IMG/VR virus record: IMGVR_UViG_3300032220_000872
Coordinates: 1-64,000 of that record
Length of the DNA: 64,000 bases
Origin: a virus
Reading direction: 5' to 3' (one strand)
Below are positions 17,701-30,200 of this stretch, in pieces. How positions within the stretch are numbered: the stretch's first letter is position 1; every line of letters begins with the position of its first letter. A model generated the notes under the pieces. It was not told the origin of the DNA. It ran no database searches and was given only the letters and a program-made list of their open reading frames with translations. The position numbers and the translations under genes were made by a program.

Positions 17701-18211
17701 GTATCAAAATTTTGGCAAGCAAATCAATCTAATCAAATCCATCAGCGATGAAGTGATCTATCATCCAGTCAAATACAAAATATTGTTTGGTGACAAAGCA
17801 GATGTTAAATTTCAAGCAGTGTTCAAAATAGTTAAGAACAGCAATGAAGTGGTGAATGATGATGATGTCAAAGTGCGAGTGATACAAGCCATCAACGAAT
17901 ACTTTGCTTTGGAAAATTGGGACTTTGGAGATACATTTTATTTCTCAGAACTCAGCACCTATGTGATGACTCAACTGGCTCCAGACATTGTGACATTTAT
18001 AATGGTTCCTGATCAAAGTTCACAATCTTTTGGCAGCTTGTATGAAATTAAATCCGAAAGCGATGAAATTTTTATTAGTGGTGCCACAGTGTTTGATGTA
18101 GAAATAATTGACGCTGTCACAGCTTCTAAATTAAAAGCCAGTGGTTCAGTGATCACTGCCACTTCCACAGTTAACACAGGTATTAACAGTACTGCTTACA
18201 GTGGGAATTAA
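14798..18211 (+). CDS. gp6: Baseplate wedge subunit (gp6-like, 1137 aa)
   Basis: DFDNLR, F.DY..SS...LID..A, ENF...A.RRESV..LA..L.Y, FADGTFG..P and QNRMITGEDY are gp6/baseplate-J motifs. Follows gp25. Confidence 0.85.
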   Translation: MSSTDRLNKLLLAEDWKKVYQSFRNADFKSYDFDNLRRSMISYLRQNYPEDFNDYLESSEYLALIDLIAFLGQNIAFRIDLNARENFIELAERRESVLRLARLLSYNAKRNQCANGLLKIDSVSTSEEIIDSNNVNLSNQTILWNDPSNEDWYEQFVKVLNAVLPVNTKVGRPNKTDTVDGIPVELYQFNSDLQSVPVFSFSKSIDGRNTQFEIVSVDLNNGAVEELSPLPTNKLSFIHKDDGRGNASSNTGFFFHFRQGVLQQGEFTVDLPTPNQIVSIDASNINQSDVWLYSLDTNQAEKELWTKVSATEGNNVIYNSTAKSIRNIYSVITRTEDRINLQFADGTFGNLPKGGFRIYYRTSDNRQFKIVPSDMSNIQIVIPYVSTAGKDETLTISLALQYTVDNATNSESDDSIKTNAPSTYYTQNRMITGEDYNVAPLSVNQEIIKIKSVNRVSSGISRYFDLLDATGKYSNTNLYGADGIIYKETVDNSITFSYVTRTDIEGIINNTIEPLISDKKLFNFYLNNFPKILTTDTAYVWNQSSQGSNISTGYFTDEDTNKLEVGSFTESSLKYLEIGALLKFTAPSGKYFNQDGELELGTPSQLGDNTVKWTTVVNVIDNGTVIQNDNSGPIIFNDQIPSSAVLTQIVPKFTKALSSDVKLQMLDQIFANSTFGLRYNVSDRDWAVIDENNLNIYGDFSTGKTGDTSNQQLDASWLLLFTTDTELYTVTYRGVRYVFESDQEIRFYYDSGDKNYNNNSGKVIKDKITVLSINTAPASSNPLLYDVDWQVVEEYRDSQGYVDSKKIEITNFDSDDDGLMDNPESFENLVSANTYIYQKKVITEGVEDFNYVNAADENIVTITSENQIGAYSSYDTNTIFYNSTTDIFKILDVSTDTLSVTTDYKAHLGRSELKFHYVHSTDSSNRIDPSVSNIIDIFVLTRTYDTDFRSWLDGNVESKPLPMSTDAMYQNFGKQINLIKSISDEVIYHPVKYKILFGDKADVKFQAVFKIVKNSNEVVNDDDVKVRVIQAINEYFALENWDFGDTFYFSELSTYVMTQLAPDIVTFIMVPDQSSQSFGSLYEIKSESDEIFISGATVFDVEIIDAVTASKLKASGSVITATSTVNTGINSTAYSGN

Positions 18212-18213
18212 TA

Positions 18214-21200
18214 ATGGCTTACGATAACAATCAAGAAGAATCTGCTCTACCAATCGGATCAGATAACTCCACCGATAGAAAATCCAGCAATCTACTGCCA
18301 AGATATTTTAGAACTCCTACCAACAATAAATTTTTATACAGCACACTGGATCAATTATTGAATCCAGGCACAGTGCAAAAGATCAGTGCTTTCTATGGAA
18401 GAAAAACAGCCAAAGCATTTGTGCCCAATGATAGTTACATAGAAGAAGTCAGCGACGATAGGCAAAACTATCAGTTGGAACCTGTGGTGGTGCGCAGAGA
18501 CAATCTCAACAACGTGGTATTTTACAAAGACTATGTGGACTACATCAACCAGATCAAAAGTTTGGGTGGCAATGTGGACAACCACAGCGTGTTGAATGCA
18601 CAAGAATACTACAGTTGGAACCCCAACATTGACTGGGACAAGTTTGTAAATTTTAGAGAGTACTACTGGTTAACCTATGGTCCAGATCCCATAACTATCA
18701 CAGGATTGCAGCAGCAGGTACAAAGTACCTACACAGTCACACTGAGTGACAATCAGGACAACTATGCCTATCTATTGACACCAGATGGTCAGACAGTTAA
18801 TGCAACTATCACATTGTACAGAGGTATCACTTATCGTTTTGAAATTAATACTCCAGGCTTGCCATTCACTATTAAAACTGCTAGAACTTTGGATGAAGAT
18901 TTTTTATTTGCTGAATCTCCCAATGGTGTAAGTGATCAGAACATAGAGCAAGGCGTGATAACTTTTGTGGTGGATCAAAACACACCAGACACTTTATATT
19001 ATGTGGCTGCTAATGATATCAATGCTTATGGATTGATACAAGTAGCAAACATTGAGGAAAACAGTGAAATAGATGTGGAAAAAGAGATCATAGGCAAAAA
19101 AGATTTCACATTAAACAACGGTATTGCTCTTTCCAACGGTATGAAAGTGAATTTTAAAGGCAATGTTACTCCTGCAAAATATGCACAAAATGATTGGTAT
19201 GTGGAAGGTGTGGGCAAATCCATTCAATTGATCAATGAACAGGACCTAGCAGTGCCCAATGACATTGCAGATGAAAATTTAGATCAGTTTGATGATGCAG
19301 AAGGCTTTGACAGAGCAACTTATGACATTGACGACACTGCTGCAGATCAGAAAGATTACATAACAATTAAAAAAAACTCTTTGGATCGAAATCCCTGGTC
19401 TCGAGCCAATAAATGGACACACAAATCAGTGCTGCAAGCAGTGGCCACCTATAATGGTGTTACTTTGGATGTGGATGAAACATTAAGAGCCAAACGACCT
19501 ATCATAGAATTTGATGCTGGACTAAAATTGCATCGCTTTGGTACATTTGCCAAACAATATGTGGATGTGGTGGACACATTCACCACTGATGTGTTTTCCG
19601 ACATAGAAGGAGCCACAGGCTACAACGTGGATGGCGTGGACCTAGTAGACGGCATGAGAATATTAGTGACTGCAGACACAGATGTACTGGTCAAAAATAG
19701 AATATTTCAAGTTAACATTATAAACTTTGGCGGAGACGGTGATCCCACCAATAAACAAATTTCATTGACTGAACCCACTGATTCACAGCCATTAGAGAAC
19801 GAAGTTGTGTTGATTTTAAGCGGGCAAGCGAATCAAGGCAAGATGTTCTATTACAATGGTGCCACGTGGCAAGAAGCACAAGCAAAAAACACAGTGAACC
19901 AAGCACCTCTGTTTGATGTGTTTGATGATGAAGGTGAAAGTTTTTCTAATGCAGCAAAATACTTCAGTACGAATTTTTTAGGCAACAAAGTTTTCAGTTA
20001 TAGAGTGGGCACAGGCACAGCAGACACAGAATTAGGATTTGCACTTTCTTACAGGAACGTGAACAATGTGGGTGACATTGTGTATGATTTCAATCTTCTC
20101 AAAGATTCATTCAGCTATCAGTTGGAGAATGAAATAGTAGATCAATCCACAGACGTGGGATTTTTAAAACAATACAGTGATAGAACCACGTTTGAAAATG
20201 TGCATGGATGGACCAAAGCCAAAAGTTTCAGCAAACAAATGGTGATAAGACAATATCTTGGTTCTGAACAAACCAATGATTTTGCAGTGGATGTGTATGA
20301 TCGCAGTGGCACATTAAGTGATTTAATTTTAAAAGTTTATGTGGATAATAAACTGTTGAATGCCAGCAATTATGAAACAGTCAGCATCAATGACATATTA
20401 TATGTGCAGTTGGATCTAGATCTTAACAGCGATCAGAGTATTATTTTAAAAACACACAGCAGTGCTGTGAAAAATTCAAATGGATATTATGAAATCCCCA
20501 TCAATTTAGAGAGCAATCCATTGAATGCCAATCTCAATGATTTTACTTTTGGAGAAGTAGTCAATCATGTGGACAGCATCATTGAACAACTGGATTCTTT
20601 TGTGGGTATCAACCCAGGTGCAAATAATTTGAGAGATTTGGGCAATCTTACTGCTTACGGAACCAAGTTCGTACAACACAGTGCTCCTATAAATCTTGCT
20701 CTATATCATATCACAGAAAAACAAAACAATGTGATCAAGTCTGTGGCATTTGCTCAAAAGGAATACGACAAATTCAAAAAAACATTCTTACAAGTGGCAG
20801 AAAATTCAGGATTCAGCGGCACCACACGTGAGCACGTGGATAAAATCATGCACATCATCAACGAAGACAAAAACAACAACATGCCATTCTATTTCAGCGA
20901 TATGATTCCTTATGGTGCTGCTAAAAAATTATCTTTCACTGTGTTTGATGACAGCAACATATATTTTGCTTTGAGTCGAGGATTCAGCATGAGCACGTTG
21001 AGTACCAAAGCAGTACAAGTGTATTTGAATGGTGAACAATTGTATCACGGCATTGATTACACATTCAACACAGATGGTTTTTGCGTAATTTCTAAAGCAT
21101 TGGTTGTGAATGATGTGGTGGAGATATTTGAATATGAAAGCACAGTTGGTAATCATGTACCACCCACTCCTACCAAGTTGGGTTTATATCCCAAATACAA

Positions 21201-24200
21201 ACCTGAAATCTACACAGACAACACACTATTAGATCCAGTGGAAGTAATACAAGGTCATGACGGCAGCATCATGGTGGCTTATGATGATTACAGAGATGAT
21301 CTATTATTGGAATTAGAAAAAAGAATCTACAACAACATAAAAATTTCATATGATAAAGACATAAGAAACATTTTTGACTTTGTTCCAGGTGAAAACAGAA
21401 ATACTGGATACAACATAAACAACATTAATCAATCCATGTCTGCTGATTTCATTAGATGGAACAGCATGGCTGGCACATTGGATTACACAGATAATTTTTT
21501 CTATGATAGCGCAGACAATTTCACATACAATCATTCTCACATGCTGTCATTTGCTGGCACACCATTACCAGGATTTTGGAGAGCCATTTACAAACAAGCC
21601 TATGACACAGATAGACCACACAGTCATCCTTGGGAGATGTTGGGCTTCAGCGAGCAGCCCACTTGGTGGAACCAAGTGTATGGTCCAGCACCATACACAC
21701 GTGACAACTTGATTCTTTGGGAAGACCTTCAGGCTGGTGTGATTAGAGAACCAGGCAAAAAATTAGTGTATGACAGCAGATACAAACGCACTGATTTATT
21801 AAAACACTTACCAGTGGATGAAGATGGAGCATTGCTGAGCCCCATTAACAGCAATTATGCTAAAAATTTAATAATAACATTGTCTGACGACCAATTCAAA
21901 TATGGTGATCAAGCACCAGTAGAGACTGCTTGGAGACGCAGTTCTAACTATCCTTTTGCTCTATTAAAATCCATGCTGTTGAATAGACCTGCTCACACCA
22001 TGGGTGTAAATTTTGATGCCAGCAGAATACAAAAAAATATTGCAGATGAAATTGTATACACTGACACTAAAAAAAGAATCACACTGTCTGATCTAGCATT
22101 TCCCAACAGCAGAACTGATGAAAATTTGATATTAACTTCTGGTTTGATCAATTACGTTTCCAATTATATCAAAACTGATGTGTTGAGCAATTACACAGAT
22201 TATCAAACTGCTCTAAAAGGATTAACTCAACAATTGGGCTTTAAAGTGAAAGGGTTCACTGAAAAAGAAAAATTTAAACTGTTATTGGACAGCAGATCAC
22301 CTTTGAACAAAAGCAATGTGTTCGTGCCGGATGAAAACTATGACATACATTTAAACACCAGTTCACCCATTGATGTTTTGGTGTACAGTGGTGTGATAGT
22401 GGAAAAATTACCTGCAGGATTCCTTGTTAAAGGATATGATCTAACATCTCCTCAATTTAAATATTTTGCTCCATTGCGAAAACAAGATGATCCTGTGAAA
22501 CGAGTAGGTGGAGTGAGCCAATCGTTTATTAAATGGATCAGTGATAAAGTTTACACTGCTGGACAAATTGTGCAGTATCAAAATCAATTCTATCAAACAA
22601 AAATAGATCACCTTAGTGCAAGTAAATTTGACGTGACCAAGTTCACCAAATTGGTTTCATTGCCTATGGAAGGTGGAGTCACGGCTGTGTTCAGTAGAAA
22701 TTTTGAAAAAACTACCAGCGTGATGAATTATGGCACAGTGCTGCCCACTCAGCAAGAAGTGGTGGATTTTATTTTGGGTTATGCCAAGTATCTTGAATCC
22801 AAAGGATTTGTGTTTGATAATTTCAATAGAGACATCAACACTGTGGAAAATTGGAACTTGAGTGCTCAAGAATTCATGTTCTGGACCACACAAAACTGGA
22901 AAGAAGGAGCAGTGTTGAGCATGAGTCCCAGCGCCAACAAACTGAAACTGCAAACATCTTATTCCACAGCAGACAATGTATTTGATAATTTTTATGACTA
23001 TGCTGTGTTGAAAGCAGATGGCACAAAAATAGCCAGAGACAAATTGAGTGTAGTGCGTCAAAACAATGATTTTACATTGAGTGTAAAAAACACCAGTGAT
23101 GGCATATATTTTGTTAAGATTCCGTTGATACAAAAAGAACATGTGGTTTTGATTGATAATGTCACAGTGTTCAATGACGTGATCTATGATCAAGCGCCAG
23201 GCTACAGACAAGACAGAATCAAAGTTATAGGTTATGTAGTGAGTGACTGGAACGGTTCTTTAAACATACCAGGATTTGTGTATGACGAAGTAAAAATTAG
23301 AGAATGGCAAGCATTCACAGATTACAATATGAGTGACGTGGTCAAATACAAACAATTTTATTACAGTGCCAACGATCATATCACAGGCAGCAGCACTTTC
23401 AAAGATAGTGAATGGAGTCAACTAACAGAGAAACCAGTATCATCTCTCAAACCCAACTTTGAATACAAAACCAATCAGTTTGGAGATTTTTATGATTTGG
23501 ACACAGATAATTTTGATGTGGAGCAGCAAAAACTTGCTCAACATTTGATAGGATATCAAAAGAGAGAATATTTGCAGAATATCATCAATGATGATGTGGC
23601 ACAGTACAAATTCTATCAAGGATTTTTACAGGACAAAGGCACCAAGAATGCTTTGGAAAAATTATTCAATTCATTGGCCAGTGCCAATAAAGACAGCATT
23701 GAATTCTATGAAGAATGGGCCATTAGAACCGGACAATATGGAGCAGCCAAAGGTTTTGATGAAGTGGAATATCTTTTGGACGAAACACAATTCAAATTGA
23801 ATCCTCAGCCAATCGCATTGACTAATTCACCCAATCCTACTGATCCTGATTTTGTTTATAGAATCAAATCAGACCAGACTTATTTGACATCAGAAAATTA
23901 CACGCATAATCCTTTTCCATTGAAAACCAACAGCGAAGAATATATTAAAACAGCAGGTTTTGTGGATCCAGCAGATGTAAATTTTGTGCTGAAGAACTAT
24001 GATGAAATATTAAACATTAACACTGCTGAATTAAAATTTGATCAGTATGTTTGGATTGGATTCTATAAACAGAGCTGGCAGGTATACAAACACGTCAAAA
24101 CAGAATATAAAGTATTAACAGTGTCTGAAGCCAACAACTTGGTCACTGTGACCACAAATTTATATTCCAATGTCAATGTGGATGATATCATATCAGTGAC

Positions 24201-27200
24201 TATTCCACAACAAAATTCTGTGCAATTATTCAAAGTAAAAAGTGTGGCATTGGATCAGATCGTATGTCACAAGAATGGCAACACAGTGCTCACTGCAAAT
24301 GATGGATCTTCCTATGGATATTTGGGTAGATTTGTCAGCAACAAAATTGCAAATTTAGAATTGATTAATGTCAAAGCTTCTGAACAGCAAGGCTTCAAAG
24401 ACAATGATTTGTTTTGGGTAGAAAACAACAATCAAGGCGATTGGGTCACATTAAAAAATAAAAAAGTATATGCACAGCATCAAGACATTGCCAACTTTAA
24501 CACAGTTTCAGATGGAACTTATGGCACAGCAGTGGCAGTGGACAGCAGCAACAACATCATGGTGGTGTCAGATTTAAATCTAGGAATTTATGTGTACAAA
24601 AGAGAATCCGATGCAGGACAATTCACACTGAGACAAGTGATTGATCCACCACAAAACATATGGACCGGCACTGCTGATTTTGGAGCAGCACTGGACATCA
24701 GTCCTGATGGCAAATACATCGTTGTTGGTGCTCCCAAAGCATCCAATGTGAAAACCTATTACAAAGGAGCCTATAACTCCAGCACTGCTTACGATGTGGG
24801 TGATATTGTGCAGCACAATGAACAGTTATGGCAAGTGTCAAATCCTGTGTTGGGCGCAGATCCTTCTGTGGATTTCACCACATTTGATGCTGCGAGTTTT
24901 TGGAGTGAAGCAGAATTTGATGTGAGTGAAAATGAATATCCTGTGATCAAACAGATGATCACGGGCAATTACACTTTTGTAGGTGTGGGCGCTGATCACA
25001 TTTTAATCAGAGCCAGCACAGATCAATACAGAGGCAGTGCAGTGGGTGACACTTTAGTATTGTATTGGAACAATCTAACCACAGAATATCCCACAGGCAA
25101 CACACCATTCAACGGCACAGCCACAGGCATTGACAAGACATTCATTGATGGTGCTCATACCATACAGGAGAAAGTGGATGAAATCATCAGTATAGATTTG
25201 CTCATAATCACACCCACAGTGGGAGACACATTGAGCACTGATGACGCAGTGGGCACAGTAAGTTACATCTTCACACAAGGAACACAAGCTATCATTTATT
25301 TGAGCAACGTGGAAGGCAATTTAGCAGATGCAGATCAGATTAGATTGGGACCTATTCCTGTGGGAGATTACGTTAGAGAAATCACAGAAGATTACGACAG
25401 TGTGGCCGGATGGTGGAAGATAGATGTGTCATCACCAGGCACAACTTCAGGCCAGACAGATAGCAAACGATCACTAGTGGTGAGAGACATCATCAAAGCA
25501 GGTGACCCACGCACAGCTTTCTTGTATTTCAATAGTTTAGACACACAACTATCACAATCAGTATTGCCAACTATTATCACACCTGCCAGTCAGTTAAGCA
25601 TACTGACCTATGACAAACAATTCACTATTCCAGGTTACAGTGCATTCACAGGCACCATTGACGACAACAGATATTTGATCAGAGCACCCAAAGCAATGAG
25701 TGATGTGCTGCCCACTGCTACCTATGATGAAGTGGGAGTTTGGTTCAACACCATACAGACAGGAGCTCCTCTATCGGTAATAGAACCCACTGCTTTGGAT
25801 CTACCTTTTGAAGATCTCAATGGTGTGAAAGAAATAATTGATGTATGGAATGGTTTTTTAAGAGTGCTGGCACAGCCAGATGGTTTGGGAACATTCTATG
25901 TGCCCACAGTGGGTGACACAGTGCAGGATGATGCCACAGGCAGTCAAGCAGAAGTTACCTATGTTAAAGTGGTGGGCTTTAATATATTACAGATTTATGT
26001 CAAAAATAAAACTGGATCTTTCAGTGCGGGTACTGACTTTGGTGCTCCGGTTAATTTGACTTTGATTGGCACACCCAATAGAACTGTGGGAGTGATTCAA
26101 CGCAGTGAATTGGAAGACTCAGTGGTGGGCTCTTTGTTTGTGTTTGATCATGGATCTGCTCTGGCTCCTACCAGCAGCAGTGCTTATCATTATTTGAACG
26201 GATTGGAATACTATTTGTATCAAGATATCACTCAAGATGGAGTGAGTAGATCAGCCAGTGTGCCATCATCTGTGAATAGAGATTACACACAAGTGTTCAA
26301 TATACCTGCGGGACTGGGATATCCGTCAGCATTCACCAATCAAGGATTGTTTTTGGTGTATGAACGTTTGACCAATGGCAATTATGTTTTGAACAGTTCT
26401 TACACTGTGCCAGAACAAGACAACAACACACAATTAGGATCAAAAATTATCCTTAGACAGAAAGACGCAGTGACCACTCTGTATGTCAGCAGCACTGTAA
26501 CTGTTACAGATTCAGGCAAAATTTATTTCATTAAAAAATCTAGCACACAAAATTGGCATCTCAGTGTGGATCCTCATTACACAGGATTGTTTGATCCAAG
26601 CAGAGTGTACTACACCAATGACTTGGTGGCCTACAATGACGTGATATTCAAAAGTTTAACCAATCAAGGACCTGGTGCTTTCATTGCTACGTTTTGGGAA
26701 GAACAACCAGAAGGCATAGACTATTTGGGTTTTGTGCCTCACAATCCTACAGACGATTCTACTCCCACATTGATGGGAGACAGCACAGTCAACATCAATC
26801 AGTTGCAAAATTTTGGATACACATTTGATGTGAATGATTCAGGATCAGTGTTGGCAGTGTCTGTGATAGATTTTATTGACAGCAGCACACCTACTCAAAA
26901 CAAAGTGGTGGTGTATAGATTGGTATCAGGCAGATATCAGTATTCACAAACATTAACTTCACCAGACAGTGGTGAAGACAACACAGAATTTGCCAATAGA
27001 GTGGCCATCAGCGGTGACGGAATGTTCATTGCTGTGGGCAGTCCACAAGCAGATCAAGTAACCACAGATGCCGGAGTGGTGTATGTGTTCAAACAAGTGA
27101 ACGGAGTGTATGTGAACACTCAAACACTCACCAGTCCACAACCTCAAACCACAGAAAAATTTGGAACCAATTTAGATTTCGACGGTGACACATTAATTAT

Positions 27201-30200
27201 TTCCAGCCTTAATGGTGATATGGAGATTAATTTTTCTTTGGACAACAATGTCACATATTTTGATGCAGGAGCTACCACATTCAATAGCAAAATATTAGAC
27301 ACTGGCTCTGTGTATGTGTATGAAAATTACAATGATGTGATGATATATGCTGATGAATTCAGTGTGAACGATCAGGATCTTACAAATTTTGGAAAAAATG
27401 TTAAAATTGTGGACAATCATGTGTATGTTTCGTTGCCTAACTATTTGAACAACATTGGTTCTCCCATGACAGAGGGATTAATTTTTAATTTTAGAAAACC
27501 TCATCAGAGCAAAACTTGGACAGCACACAAGAGTCCTATAGGAGCTGTTGATATCAGCAAAATCAAAGAAATATTTTTATACAACACAAAAAATAAAAAA
27601 TTATTGCAGAGATTGGATTATATTGATCCTGTGCAAGGTAAAATTGCTGGCATAGCTGAGCAAGAATTGTATTATAAAACATCATACGATCCTGCTGTTT
27701 ATTCCATAGGCACTGCTGGATTGAGTGCGGATGCTAAAAACAGTTGGGGTTCAGAACAAGTGGGTAGATTGTGGTGGGATCTCAGCACAGTGAAGTTTTA
27801 TCTAGCCAATCAGAACAATATTATATTTGCTACCAATTATTGGAATAAAATATTTCCAGGCTCTTCAGTGGACGTGTATGAATGGGTAGAATCCAAATAC
27901 TTGCCACAAGAATGGAATACTCTATCACAAAACAACACACTAGCTGCTGTGAGTGCAGGTATCAGTGGCACAACCAAATACAACAATTCAGTGTATGTGG
28001 TCAAACAAGTGTATGATTTTATTTCCAATAGTTTCAGCAACAAATATTACTATTGGGTCAAAAATAAAAAGACATTACCCAATGTAGAAGGTAGAAAATT
28101 AAATGCCTATGATGTGTCTAGATTGATTGAAGATCCTCGCAAACAATCTTATAGATTTGTGGCATTGTTGTCCACCAATCAATTTGCTGTGAATAATGTG
28201 AGTACTCTGTTGGAAAACAAAGATGTGGCAATTAATTTTAAAGTGTGGACCATTGCAAATCAAAACATTAATATTCACAACGAATATCAGTTGATCAGCG
28301 ACGGCGTTAGTTACAGTAGACCTAAAACTGAAATAGAATCAGTATGGTTCAACAGTTTAATAGGATATGATGAACAGTTTAGACCAGTGCCAGACGAAAA
28401 TCTCAGTGCCAAATACAGATACGGCACACTGAGAAAACCTCGTCAAGGATGGTTTGTGAATCGCATTGAAGCACTCAAACAAGTGATAGAGAGAATAAAC
28501 TCCATTTGCAAAAAAAATCTAATTGCTTATACCTATGACATCAGCAGACTGTCTGAATTGGAAGATGCTCCCAGCACTATTACCAGATTGTATGATTTGA
28601 CTAAAGACACATTTGCTGATCTAGCTTTTGTGGGCACTGCCAATGTGGAACAAGCAGTGTTGAACCCTATAATTGTGGAAGGCAAAATAGTTGATGTGTT
28701 TATTGCTAATCCTGGCAGAGGTTACAGAGTGGTTCCCACTTACAAAATCACTGATCCTAACCAATCTGGCTCTGGTGCAGAATTTACTCTAGAAATTAAC
28801 TTGTCAGGACAGATCACATCAGTCACAGTGAACAAACAAGGCAACAATTACAGTACCAACACAAGAATTGAAGTGAGAAAATTCAGTGTGCTGATACAGT
28901 CAGATTCTGTGATCAATGGCAAATGGTCTGTGCATAGTTGGGATGATGCAGCAGAAGAATGGCAACGTATATTATCACAAAGTTACAACGTGAATCAGTA
29001 TTGGAATTATGTGGATTGGTATATGGACGGTTACAATCAATTCACCGAAATAGATCACAACATATCAGACAGTTATAAATTGCAATTGCTGGATGATGAC
29101 ATAGGCGATATTGTAAAAATTGAAACTGTAGGCACTGGAGGCTGGTTGTTGCTGGAAAAAATAGACAATCAAGAAAATGTGGACTACACAATCAATTACA
29201 AAACCATAGGTAGACAGAATGGAACTATTCAATTCTCATCAGCATTGTATAATTTTGCTCAATCCACTGTGGGATTCAACAGTACCAGTTATGACGTGTC
29301 GATCTATGACAATCAACCTATCACAGAGACCAGAATCATATTGGAGACCATAAGAGATTACATTTTTGTGGACGAGTTGGAAACTGAGTACAATCAATTA
29401 TTTTTTGCCAGTTTGCGATATGTATTTTCTGAACAATCTTCAGTGGACTGGGCATTTAAAACTAGTTTTGTCAAAGGCAAACACAATGTGGGAGAATTAT
29501 TGCAAAAAACATTGTATAGAAATGACAATTTAGAAAATTATCAAGATTATATTGACGAAGTTAAACCTTACAAAACTAAAGTGAGAGAATATATCAGTGC
29601 TTATGAATCCATTGACAATTCTTCCACCAGTGTGACAGACTTTGATTTACCGGCCACTTATAATCCTGTAACCAAAAAAATCGAAGTAAGTTATGCCAAA
29701 GTGATCAACAATCAGATTGTGGGATCTAATCTTACTGATGCTTATCCTAACAAACACTGGTTGGATCATGTGGGATTTAAAATAACAGAAATTAAAATTT
29801 TCAACGGTGGAAGTGGATATTTGGGTATTCCAGTGATCACTATCACAGGTGGTGGTGGCACAGGAGCCACAGCTCAAGCATTTGTGACCAACGGCAGAGT
29901 GACCAAAATTAAATTGATCAATCAAGGTAGTGGGTACGTTTCTGCACCCACAGTGACCATACAAGGCACATTAAACACCAACGGTGTGCAAGCCAAAGCA
30001 GTAGCTATATTGGGAGATTCATTGGTTAAATCCACTCACATCAGAGTTAAATTTGATAGAACCACAGGAACTTTGTTAATAACCAATTTGAACAGAACAG
30101 AAAATTTTGTGGGCACTGGCAACAGATTAAAATTTCAATTGAAATGGCCTATCAATCTTAGATCCAACAAGATTTCAGTGACTGTGAATCAAAGAACAGC